The notes under the pieces were generated by a model that was given only the letters and a program-made list of their open reading frames with translations, did not search any database and was not told where the DNA came from. A program made the position numbers and the translations under genes. Below, one piece after another: positions 19,848-28,707 of a stretch of 64,000 nucleotides of DNA (positions are counted from its first letter, which is position 1; the number at the start of each line of letters is the position of its first letter). The DNA comes from Candidatus Adlerbacteria bacterium (GTDB taxonomy: Bacteria > Patescibacteriota > Minisyncoccia > Phycocordibacterales > SBAW01): assembly GCA_903851045.1 (NCBI GenBank), contig CAINNF010000012.1, forward strand, positions 37,189 through 101,188. The letters are read 5' to 3'.

Positions 19848-20564
19848 CTATTTGAAATATGAAAACTCTTGCTTGATCACCGCTTCGTCCTCAGGCGAGA
19901 TCGACTTTTTGTATCGCGCCTTCTTTCCCTCGACACGTCGCTTGCACTCATCCCATGTCTTATGCGTCATCACGACACCATCGACGGCGCTCACATACGA
20001 ATACGCCTTGGCCTTGGCATGCGTACGCGAAGCGGACTTCTGCTGCTTCTTCTCTTCATCATGTGCGACGGTCTCGAGGTCGACACCATACGCCGCACGC
20101 GAACCGTGATAGAGCTCGAGCGGCTCCTTGAGCGCAAACGAGGTCGCGATAGTATCCGCTCGTTCATTACCAGGAATATTGATATGGCCGCCGACGTTCT
20201 CCCACGTGACGCGTCGCGCGATAGATTTATATAAAGCAAGGAATGGCTCCCATAATTCGCGGTTCGAGACATCCTTCCCGTCGAGCGTCTTCCATCCGCG
20301 TTTGTGCCACCCATAGCTCCACTTGGTCGCGCCGTTGATAACGTATGCCGAGTCGCTGCGCACGACTATCGGCTGCTCGGGCAGCGTCGCCGCGTAGGTC
20401 AGCGCCTCGCACACCGCCAGTAGCTCCATGCGGTTGTTGGTCGTGTGCGCCTCGAACCCGCCCATTTCGTGCACCGCCTCACTATCGGCGACGATAGACC
20501 CCCACCCACCGGGACCCGGGTTCCCCCTCGACGACCCGTCAGTATAAATAAGTATGCGGCTCAT
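19848..20564 (-). CDS. rnhA: Ribonuclease HI with a C-terminal extension resembling an RNA/DNA hybrid-binding (caulimovirus VI-like) domain.
   Basis: RNase H catalytic motifs: IYTDGSSRGNPGPGGWG, the E in NRMEL, and D in SDS. The C-terminal tail YSYVSAVDGVVMTHKTWDECKRRVEGKKARYKKSISPEDEA matches the HBD pattern. Start taken as MSRIL at 20564. Confidence 0.85.
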   Translation of the reverse strand: MSRILIYTDGSSRGNPGPGGWGSIVADSEAVHEMGGFEAHTTNNRMELLAVCEALTYAATLPEQPIVVRSDSAYVINGATKWSYGWHKRGWKTLDGKDVSNRELWEPFLALYKSIARRVTWENVGGHINIPGNERADTIATSFALKEPLELYHGSRAAYGVDLETVAHDEEKKQQKSASRTHAKAKAYSYVSAVDGVVMTHKTWDECKRRVEGKKARYKKSISPEDEAVIKQEFSYFK

Positions 20565-20653
20565 GTGACTTGTAGTATAGCGCAATTGGAGAGTTGCTTC
20601 TCGGTGGCTGTTTGATACAGTGCTATGAGGAGCAACAAGGAGAGAGGACGCTC

Positions 20654-21325
20654 ATGACTCGAAAACCAAGAGATGGTTCAGAGGATGCGCCGATTAGCGA
20701 CGTACGGATTGCATTAGAATTGCTGACCGACAAGGGAGGTCGGTGGTCATCTGCGCGTCTGCAACGGTTTCGTACGTACGAACCTAACATAATCGTACAA
20801 TACTGCGGCAGGGAGCGAGACCCGGATCCGGAATATTATAGGATAACAACTGACTGCGCTAACGCGCTTATAACGAATCAGTGGGTTCAGGGTCTCAGAC
20901 GACCAGGCTACGTGGACGAATATGAGTTCGAGATCTCACAACCTGGATATGTCCAAGTGCGGAGCTGGGAAGCCGAGGATTCCAAGATGGCGTTGGCGAT
21001 ACTCCTGAGCGAAGGAGGGTTGCCGTCCTCTATCTGGTGTCGCACCTTCAGGCAATATGGCCGCAGATACAAACACTGGAAAGATGAGCGAGACGGCCTA
21101 TACTTTGTCAACGTGACGGGCGAGGGCTTCATCGTCTATCTCGACACCAAAGAAGTGGTGCGACACGATGAGGATCAATTTATCCCACAACCGCTCACCT
21201 CCGCCCGGTTTCAGCCCGCTGACACTGTGTTCTCTGATTACGGACAAGGATTTGTGTTCCGAGATGACAAAACCGGGGAAGAGAAGATCTTCTACCCCGA
21301 CTCGGACATGATTCGAAAAGGTTGA
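20654..21325 (+). CDS. Hypothetical protein.
   Basis: AAGGAGAGAGG RBS before ATG (MTRKPRDG). No recognised motif. Confidence 0.45.
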   Translation: MTRKPRDGSEDAPISDVRIALELLTDKGGRWSSARLQRFRTYEPNIIVQYCGRERDPDPEYYRITTDCANALITNQWVQGLRRPGYVDEYEFEISQPGYVQVRSWEAEDSKMALAILLSEGGLPSSIWCRTFRQYGRRYKHWKDERDGLYFVNVTGEGFIVYLDTKEVVRHDEDQFIPQPLTSARFQPADTVFSDYGQGFVFRDDKTGEEKIFYPDSDMIRKG

Positions 21326-21365
21326 CCCTGTCAATAAAATCCAGCTTCGGCTGGATTTCTTTTGT

Positions 21366-21839
21366 CTACAAATACCCTAACCGCGCAAAAAGTGCTGTCG
21401 ATGGCGGCGTAAGTTTGCACTCATGTAGTTCCGAAATGGTGAACCACCCATACTCGATAAACTCATCTGGATGGAGTTTTATTACTACGTCACTCGCGGG
21501 TTTGTCGAGCATGATTTTGTAAATTGCAAAACGCATCTTCACAAGTACGTGCTCACCGGTATCCTTGAGCACCTTTTCGGACTCACCATGACCACCATCG
21601 TCGACGAGTGTGATGATGAAAGGAGAAATATCAAGACCCAGCTCCTCGTTGATTTCGCGCACGAGCGCATGCACCGGGTCCTCGCCCTCCTCGACTCCCC
21701 CGCCGGGGATATGCCAACAGTCGAGATACACACCACCCTTCTTTGGATCCTTCATCGCCTGCAATAACTTCCCATCACTCGAAAAAATGAGGGCCGACAC
21801 GATCTCCCGCTCGATAGTTCTCATAAGCAGAGTATGCAA
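21366..21839 (-). CDS. NUDIX hydrolase.
   Basis: Nudix box GGGVEEGEDPVHALVREINEELG. Confidence 0.85.
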   Translation of the reverse strand: MHTLLMRTIEREIVSALIFSSDGKLLQAMKDPKKGGVYLDCWHIPGGGVEEGEDPVHALVREINEELGLDISPFIITLVDDGGHGESEKVLKDTGEHVLVKMRFAIYKIMLDKPASDVVIKLHPDEFIEYGWFTISELHECKLTPPSTALFARLGYL

Positions 21840-21845
21840 GGTTTC

Positions 21846-23666
21846 CTAAATAATATCCACGATGCGCAAGCGCGGGCCGCCGCGCCAGTCGGTCTCGACA
21901 TGACCTATCACATCGGCTCGGTCGCCCGCCTTCACCTTCTTTTGATATGAGTCGGGGGTGCTAAAGAATGAGACGCCTCCGATAGTCACACCATCGCGCT
22001 CGCAGGTGACTTCGAGATGATCCTTCTGTTTGCCGAACGTACGGACTGACTGGATCGACACATTGGGGAATATGAAAAGTGGTTTGGTGTTCTCGACACC
22101 AAACGGCGCGAGCGCGGTGAGCTCTTTGTGTGCGCGAGCGACTTCGGCGAGGTCGAGCTGGCGGTCAACCACCACTTCACTCTCCCCGACCTGCTCGGGC
22201 AGGAGCGCAAAGGCAGCGTTGAGTCGCGGCGAAAGTTCGTGGATGCGCTCTTCGAGCACTGAGAATCCGCCCGAAGCTGTGTGTCCGCCGAAACCCGCGA
22301 ACACATCCCCCGCCGCTTGCATCAGCTCCACCACATTCACCTTGCCGTTAGATCGACACGACCCCCGTAAAAGACCTGCGGTCTCACGGGGCAAGCCTCC
22401 AACAACATCTCCCCATTCCCTCCCCCACATAAAGGCGACCTTGCCGGTCGATTGCATCACCGAGTTGGCGACGAGCCCGAGAATGCCCGGGCGCCAGTTG
22501 GGGTTACCCATCACGACAATCGGCGTCTCGACTTCGCTGTTCGCAAGACGCTTGTTGACCTCCTTCACCGTCACCGCGACGGCGCTCTTTCGCTCATCAT
22601 TGATGCCGTTGAGCTTGTGCGCGAGTTCGAACGCCTGACCCAAGTCGTTTGTCGCGAGCAGCTTCGCGGCGACGTCGGGCGAGTCCATGCGTGATGCGGC
22701 ATTGATGCGCGGACTCACCATAAAGCCAATGTCATCCTCGGTGAGCGTGCCGGGTTTTATCTTCAAGATCGAGAGCAACTGCGCAAGACCGGGCCGACGA
22801 TTCTTGCGCATCACCAGCAGTCCAAAACGCGCGAGCATACGATTCTCTCCCACGAGCGGCACCATGTCCGAGAGCGTCGAGATGCCCACGAGGTCGAGGT
22901 ACCATTTTTCTTGGCCTTCGCTAAATCCATCAGGCCGCTTCTTCACCAGAACCGCTTGTACCAACTTCCACGCAACACCACACCCACACAATCCATCGAA
23001 CGGGTACGTACTGTCGGGGCGCTTCGGGTTTATGACAGCAAAAGCATCACGAGGAAGCAATTGCTGAACAAAATAGTCTGGCCCGCCAGGCTGGCCTCCA
23101 GCCGGGACGGGAGACCCGAGGACTTTTTGGGAGGCAATTGCTTCCTCTGATGCTTTTTCCTCATGCACCAAGTGGTGATCGGTCACTATCACATCCACCC
23201 CTTTAGACTTCGCATGCGAAATATTTTCGTGCTCGACGGTGCCGAGGTCGATGGTGATGATGAGCGTCACACCACCACCAATAACATCATCAAGTCCATC
23301 TTTATTGAGCCCATACCCTTCACGGTGACGATGCGGGATATAGTGACGCACATCGAGCCCGAGCTTGCGCAGGAAGTCGGTGAGCATCACGCCGCCTGGG
23401 ATACCGTCGCAGTCGTAGTCGCTCCAGACACACACCTTCTCGTTATGCTTGAGGGCTGAGAGGATGCGGTCAACCGACTTCTCCATGTCAGGCAGAAGGT
23501 AGGGGTCGTGCGAGTCGCGGTCGAACTCCGGCGAGAGGAACTGTGCTGCTAGCTCCCCCGTTGTGACCCCACGCGAGTACAGCAGGTCTTGCAAGAATTC
23601 GGAATGGTTCGAGAGAGCGGAGCGCACCGCTGCCGGAGCACCATCCCGTACCCGGTACGATTTCAT
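21846..23666 (-). CDS. recJ: Single-stranded-DNA-specific exonuclease RecJ.
   Basis: DHH motifs (DYDCDG, IVTDHH) plus a DHHA1 region. Start taken as MKSYR at 23666. Confidence 0.9.
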   Translation of the reverse strand: MKSYRVRDGAPAAVRSALSNHSEFLQDLLYSRGVTTGELAAQFLSPEFDRDSHDPYLLPDMEKSVDRILSALKHNEKVCVWSDYDCDGIPGGVMLTDFLRKLGLDVRHYIPHRHREGYGLNKDGLDDVIGGGVTLIITIDLGTVEHENISHAKSKGVDVIVTDHHLVHEEKASEEAIASQKVLGSPVPAGGQPGGPDYFVQQLLPRDAFAVINPKRPDSTYPFDGLCGCGVAWKLVQAVLVKKRPDGFSEGQEKWYLDLVGISTLSDMVPLVGENRMLARFGLLVMRKNRRPGLAQLLSILKIKPGTLTEDDIGFMVSPRINAASRMDSPDVAAKLLATNDLGQAFELAHKLNGINDERKSAVAVTVKEVNKRLANSEVETPIVVMGNPNWRPGILGLVANSVMQSTGKVAFMWGREWGDVVGGLPRETAGLLRGSCRSNGKVNVVELMQAAGDVFAGFGGHTASGGFSVLEERIHELSPRLNAAFALLPEQVGESEVVVDRQLDLAEVARAHKELTALAPFGVENTKPLFIFPNVSIQSVRTFGKQKDHLEVTCERDGVTIGGVSFFSTPDSYQKKVKAGDRADVIGHVETDWRGGPRLRIVDII

Positions 23667-23683
23667 CGGTGTAGTATATACTA

Positions 23684-23796
23684 AGCCAAGCAAAAGTCCG
23701 CAGAAAAAGTCCTTAGCCCCACTTTTTATAGTCGCTTCGCTCCTTAAAAAGCGGCGCGCCCCCACCTAGACTTTTTGTGCGGACTTTTGCTAAGCT
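23684..23796. repeat. About 27-bp inverted repeats (AAGCcAAGCAAAAGTCCGCAgAAAAAGTC / GACTTTTTgTGCGGACTTTTGCTaAGCTT) flanking a 57-bp spacer, in the recJ-HIT divergent promoter region.
   Basis: Read directly from the sequence. MITE-like, or an operator. Confidence 0.55.
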
Positions 23797-23802
23797 TTAT
23801 TC

Positions 23803-24186
23803 ATGGAAAACTGTATATTTTGCAAGATCGTCGCCAAAGAGATCCCGGCACATGTCGTGTACGAAGATGACGGCTTCATCGCCTTCCTCGACATCCACCC
23901 CCAGTCGCCCGGGCATGTGCAGGTGATACCAAAGAAGCACTACCGCTGGGTATGGGATGTGCCTTCAGACACGAGCGAGCCAGACAATATCGGCACATAC
24001 TTTGCCGTCGCACAAAAGATCGCCCACGCACAACGTATGGCCTTTGGTACCGAATGGATACTTTCCAAAACGGTCGGCGACGAAGTCCCCCACGCGCACC
24101 TATGGGTCTTCCCGAGCAACGAAGTACAAGGAAACAAACACGACCTCGCCAACAATGCGGAGAAGCTGCGCGCAGCGCTTGCTTAG
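23803..24186 (+). CDS. HIT-family (Hint-like) protein.
   Basis: Histidine-triad-like motif PHAHLWVFP. 127 aa. Confidence 0.75.
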   Translation: MENCIFCKIVAKEIPAHVVYEDDGFIAFLDIHPQSPGHVQVIPKKHYRWVWDVPSDTSEPDNIGTYFAVAQKIAHAQRMAFGTEWILSKTVGDEVPHAHLWVFPSNEVQGNKHDLANNAEKLRAALA

Positions 24187-24261
24187 TGTAGCGCTCGCAT
24201 GAAACCACCTTGCTCAATATATGTGAAACGCTGCGCAGAGGTGCGGTGCTAACGATACAGT

Positions 24262-24792
24262 GTGCATTATGCTATCGTTGTAAACGTGACACTTGAACCA
24301 AACAAAGTTGAAATAAAGAATAGCGACATCGAAGGTAAGGGTGTGTTCGCTACCGAACACATACAAAGCGGTGAGATGGTTTTAGATATGGATGACACGC
24401 ACGTTGTTGAAGACAAAAGCACACTCGCCCAATATGAAAGAGAATACGAGTGCGACTGGCTCGGCGATGGCAAGACAGTGCATATGCAGGCCCCCGAAAA
24501 GCACATAAACCATTCGTGCGACCCAAACACCTACGTCAAAACTGTCGACGGCATCAGGAGAGTTGTTGCAATGAAAGATATAAGGGTTGGCGATGAAATC
24601 ACCTACGACTACGCCATCAATGGCTACTACGATTCGGATATTGCATGCCATTGTGGAAGCAAAAATTGCAGAGGAACACTAAGCCCAAACTTCTTCAAAT
24701 TGCCAAGAGAGCGCCAGTTGCAATACCTGCCATACTTAGACATTTGGTTTGTCGAGAAGTTTAAAGATCAACTAGAGGAGATTCGCCAGTGA
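24262..24792 (+). CDS. SET-domain protein (putative lysine methyltransferase).
   Basis: GKGVFA, INHSCDPN and GDEITYDY motifs plus a post-SET CHCGSKNCRG. Confidence 0.85.
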   Translation: MHYAIVVNVTLEPNKVEIKNSDIEGKGVFATEHIQSGEMVLDMDDTHVVEDKSTLAQYEREYECDWLGDGKTVHMQAPEKHINHSCDPNTYVKTVDGIRRVVAMKDIRVGDEITYDYAINGYYDSDIACHCGSKNCRGTLSPNFFKLPRERQLQYLPYLDIWFVEKFKDQLEEIRQ

Positions 24793-24808
24793 TATACCAT
24801 ACCGACAT

Positions 24809-25372
24809 ATGGAGATGAACCAGCCAAACACAAAACCGTTTGCAAAAGTGGTAAAGAAAATCTGTGAGTTTCGCTCGGGCGGGAGCGTGCTTGATGTCGG
24901 CACGGGCGAAGGGACGCACGCACTGTTTCTCGCGTCGCAGGGGTTCGACGTGACAGTGCTCGATGTCACTAACGAGAAGTTTTCGAAGATTGAGGAAGAA
25001 GCAAAACAGCAGGGTGTGGATATTAGGACGGTAGTCGGTGATGTTTTGTCGCTCGACCAGCTTGGCACCACATTCGACATTATTATCTGCACCTCCGTGC
25101 TGCACTTTCTCACTATCGACAAAATCGCTACCGCAGTGGAGCAACTACAAAAGGCAACAAACCCGCACGGGCTCAATGTCGTCTCTGCACACACGACCAA
25201 GAACGAGGGCGAAGTCCGCACCCACCTGTTCGCCGAAGGCGAATTGCAAGCGTACTACAAAGAGTGGCACATGCTCTACGAGTGGGAAGGCCTCGGCGGC
25301 CCATTTGTGACCACAACAGGTGAGATGGTGCAAAAACATCGTGCCGAGCTGATTGCCGAAAAACCAGAGTAA
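24809..25372 (+). CDS. Class I SAM-dependent methyltransferase (TehB-like).
   Basis: VLDVGTGEGTHALFLASQG motif I. Confidence 0.8.
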   Translation: MEMNQPNTKPFAKVVKKICEFRSGGSVLDVGTGEGTHALFLASQGFDVTVLDVTNEKFSKIEEEAKQQGVDIRTVVGDVLSLDQLGTTFDIIICTSVLHFLTIDKIATAVEQLQKATNPHGLNVVSAHTTKNEGEVRTHLFAEGELQAYYKEWHMLYEWEGLGGPFVTTTGEMVQKHRAELIAEKPE

Positions 25373-25409
25373 GAAAACACCCCGACACAAGTTCGGGGCA
25401 AATTTTCCT

Positions 25410-26069
25410 CTACTCTTTTGACTGGAAGATAACAATTCGACGCTCTGCGCGGAAGGTAAAGTTTCGCTCTTCCAAAAATGACCGGATCTGGTTGTGATTC
25501 CGCGTCGGCAGCATAGACTCGATGTAATCATCGACAGAATCAAAGTGGAGCACGGTTTCATTCGGGATCTCTTGCACCAGACGCAGCCCCGGATGCTCCA
25601 TCATCGCACGATACGCTGCCACTTTTTCTTTTTCTTCGTCTTCGTCACCGGTGCCAAAAAGTTTTTCTGCATCAAAGGCCGAACCATCCATCGCGGGCTC
25701 AACAAAAACGATGTATCCATCCTTCTTCACCACACGCAACGCTTCGTCTATCGCCCGAGGCATCAGCTCGAGTGGCACATGATGGAACGAGAGCGAGAAG
25801 AAGATGATATCGAAAGAGTCGTCGGCAAAATCGAGACGCTCCGCACGACCTGCCGCAAAAACAGCGTTGGTGAGCGATCGTTCAAGCAACCGTTGCCGTG
25901 CAGCAGCAATAGAGTCTGAGTTTGGATCAACACCAACCAACGACCCACACCGCTCAGCAATGAGCGCCGACAGCCTCCCCCAACCACAACCAACCTCAAG
26001 CACCCGCTTTTCTCGAAGCGGCACATATTCCTCTAGCTGATCAAGCAGTACCTCCTTTTCTCGTCTCAT
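25410..26069 (-). CDS. Class I SAM-dependent methyltransferase.
   Basis: VLEVGCGWGRLSALIAE motif I. Confidence 0.8.
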   Translation of the reverse strand: MRREKEVLLDQLEEYVPLREKRVLEVGCGWGRLSALIAERCGSLVGVDPNSDSIAAARQRLLERSLTNAVFAAGRAERLDFADDSFDIIFFSLSFHHVPLELMPRAIDEALRVVKKDGYIVFVEPAMDGSAFDAEKLFGTGDEDEEKEKVAAYRAMMEHPGLRLVQEIPNETVLHFDSVDDYIESMLPTRNHNQIRSFLEERNFTFRAERRIVIFQSKE

Positions 26070-26267
26070 AGTTGCAGTGTCCTAACAAGTATAACCCACA
26101 CGAACATACCAGATGCGCGATGGAAAAGAACTCGTCTATTTCTAAGAAAATAGCGACGAATCAGCTCAACTCGTCTTGAAGTTTATCCAACAATCCGTCC
26201 TGGTAACAGGGAAACCAGAGTAACCCTACTTCTTGTAATTCTCATTGATATTCGGTAGCATTCGTGT

Positions 26268-26549
26268 ATGCAAAAGCTTCGCGCGACTCCACGAAAAACC
26301 ACAAAGAAGGCACCAAAAGCTGCCTTTGAGACGTTGCCCGTGCTTATTGAGCAGGATGAAGACGGTATGTATATCGGCACCGTGCCGTCACTGCGCTCGT
26401 GCTATACCCAAGGGGCGACGCTCGCGGAGTTGTACGAAAATCTTCAAGAAGCGGTCGACCTGTCACGCGAAGTCGAGAAGGACTATTTTGGGACCAAACG
26501 CCGCACGAGTCGTATCGTCGGATTTCAAAACATCGACTTCCGCGCCTAG
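26268..26549 (+). CDS. hicB: HicB-like antitoxin.
   Basis: LPVLIEQDEDGMYIGTVPSLRSCYTQGATLAELYENLQEAV is a typical HicB N-terminal domain. The start may be internal. Confidence 0.75.
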   Translation: MQKLRATPRKTTKKAPKAAFETLPVLIEQDEDGMYIGTVPSLRSCYTQGATLAELYENLQEAVDLSREVEKDYFGTKRRTSRIVGFQNIDFRA

Positions 26550-26552
26550 CGT

Positions 26553-26786
26553 ATGCCGCACCTCTCCCCTATTGCTCCCAAACGGTTGATGAAACTCTTG
26601 GAGCGAGAGGGCTTCGTGTGTATACGAATCAAAGGGAGCCACCACTTTTTTATACATGAAGTCGACAAGCGGACGACGAATGTCCCCGTCCACGGCGGTC
26701 GAGACATCGGCGTTGGCCTTCTGCGCCAAATCCTCAAAGACCTCAACTGGTCTGCTGATGAATTCCACAAACGACTACACAGATAA
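26553..26786 (+). CDS. hicA: HicA mRNA-interferase toxin.
   Basis: KGSHHFFIH motif; 77 aa; 4-nt gap after hicB. Confidence 0.8.
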   Translation: MPHLSPIAPKRLMKLLEREGFVCIRIKGSHHFFIHEVDKRTTNVPVHGGRDIGVGLLRQILKDLNWSADEFHKRLHR

Positions 26787-26802
26787 AATACGAAACTCTC
26801 GT

Positions 26803-27936
26803 TTATTTTTTCAACACCTCCAAGGCGGGCAGTGTGCCGCCGTTTGCTAAAAATTCGAGCATCGCGCCGCCGCCAGTGGAGACGAATATTCTCGCTGGGT
26901 CGAAGGTGAATTTTGAGAGGGCTGCTGCCGTGTCGCCGCCGCCGATGACCGCTTTCGTGTTTGACTCGACGAGCGCCTTGGCGAGCACGTCGGTGCCGTC
27001 GACGAATCCTTTTTCATACACACCCATCGGGCCGTTCCATAGGACGAACTCCGAGTCCTCTATCTGTTTGGACCATGCAACTTCGGTGAGTGTACCGATG
27101 TCGACGATATGGTCATCCGCATGTACGTCGGCAGTGTGTGCCACACGGACGGTCTCTCCTTGTACCCGCACATCGTCCGGCATGAGGATACGTTCGTCCC
27201 CTGCCAGATCCTCCGGCACTGGCGCATCCGACGTGAGCGACTCGCCGACTGGCATACCACGTGCTTTCAACAGATCGTTCGCAAGCGCGCCACCGAGCAA
27301 GATGTGCGGATAGACGGTCAGTAGTTTCTCCAGCAAGGGTTGCTTGGTCTCGAACTTCGCGCCGCCGACGATGGCGAGCGACTGTGCGGGAGGCACGAGC
27401 GCGTCCGACAACCGAGCGACCTCTTCTTCAAGCAAGAGACCTGCGTATGCGGGGAGTAGTGACGCGACGCCGACGTTGGAGGCGTACGCACGGTGAGCTT
27501 CGGGGAAGGCGTCGTCGACGAAGACGTCCGCCAGTTTTGCGAGACTCGCGGCGAGTGCTGGATCGTTCTTTTCCTCGCCCGGCTCTTTGCGGATATTCTC
27601 GAGCATCAAACAGGTTCCTTCTTTGAGAGTCGCCACTTCCCCACCAACATCCGCAGCGGGGGTTGTCGTGAAGGTCACCGGTATCGATGGGATGAGCGCC
27701 TGCAAGGCCTTTGCGACCGGTTCGAGCGTACCTCCCTCACGACCGATGTATCCGACTAGAACGATCTTCGCTCCTTTGCCCGCCAGTAGCTCGATCGTGG
27801 CGATATCCTTCTGCAGTCGAAACTGGTCACCCACCGACCCATCCGCCGCTATCGGCACGTTCAAGCTCGTACGGAGCAGTACCCGCTTTCCAGAAACGTC
27901 CGCATCTCGCACCGACCGCAGTGATATGTTCGCCAT
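26803..27936 (-). CDS. pgk: Phosphoglycerate kinase.
   Basis: 377 aa with conserved PGK N- and C-domain motifs. Confidence 0.95.
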   Translation of the reverse strand: MANISLRSVRDADVSGKRVLLRTSLNVPIAADGSVGDQFRLQKDIATIELLAGKGAKIVLVGYIGREGGTLEPVAKALQALIPSIPVTFTTTPAADVGGEVATLKEGTCLMLENIRKEPGEEKNDPALAASLAKLADVFVDDAFPEAHRAYASNVGVASLLPAYAGLLLEEEVARLSDALVPPAQSLAIVGGAKFETKQPLLEKLLTVYPHILLGGALANDLLKARGMPVGESLTSDAPVPEDLAGDERILMPDDVRVQGETVRVAHTADVHADDHIVDIGTLTEVAWSKQIEDSEFVLWNGPMGVYEKGFVDGTDVLAKALVESNTKAVIGGGDTAAALSKFTFDPARIFVSTGGGAMLEFLANGGTLPALEVLKK

Positions 27937-27942
27937 GTTCGA

Positions 27943-28695
27943 TTACGCTAGAGCTGTCAATATTTCGATAAAAGAGTCTATGTCCGCACTCGCGTGTCCG
28001 ACCAAAAAACCACCCACTCCACCATCTGTCAGAAGTTCCTTCGCGTTGGAGCCTTCGACCGAGCCGCCGTATAGGATCGGCACTTTTACGCCCTGTTCAC
28101 GCCCGAGTATATCCGCGAGCGTCTTTCGGATGAAAATGACCATCTCTTGGATCTCCGCCGGCTTTTCAGCGCTCCCGGCCGTCTTCCCTATCGCCCACAC
28201 CGGCTCGTACGCAACGATGAGTTTCCCGGTGGTCTTATCCTTCAATGCTTGCAACAGTTGTCGTTCGATAACGCCGAAGTGCGCACCATGTGGGTCGCGC
28301 TCGACCTCCCCTATGCACAACACCGCCGTCATACCGGCCTCGTGTGTACGTTTGATCTGTTCACGAATCATGTCATCTTTCTCTCCCGCCGCGCGTCGCT
28401 CGGAGTGACCGACGATGACAAAGCCGATACCGAACACTTTGAGCATGCGCGCCGACACCTCCCCCGTGTGCTTCGCCTCCAGGAACGCAGATACCGTCTG
28501 TGCACCAGTGCGGATGGTCTTGGTGGTACCGAGCACCTGTGCGAGCGCCGGAAGGAGCGTGTACGGAGGCGCGACTACGACGTCTGTTTTTGATAGTAAC
28601 TGCGGACGTCGTTTCAATTTCATCACGAACGCCTTCACCGCGTCCGGCTTCTCGACGTACATCTTCCAGTTGCCGATGACGATAGGTTTCTTCAC
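27943..28695 (-). CDS. tpiA: Triose-phosphate isomerase.
   Basis: IGNWKM, catalytic H in VVGHSERR, and AYEPVWAIGTG-like motifs. Confidence 0.95.
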   Translation of the reverse strand: MKKPIVIGNWKMYVEKPDAVKAFVMKLKRRPQLLSKTDVVVAPPYTLLPALAQVLGTTKTIRTGAQTVSAFLEAKHTGEVSARMLKVFGIGFVIVGHSERRAAGEKDDMIREQIKRTHEAGMTAVLCIGEVERDPHGAHFGVIERQLLQALKDKTTGKLIVAYEPVWAIGKTAGSAEKPAEIQEMVIFIRKTLADILGREQGVKVPILYGGSVEGSNAKELLTDGGVGGFLVGHASADIDSFIEILTALA

Positions 28696-28707
28696 TCCAC
28701 CACTATA

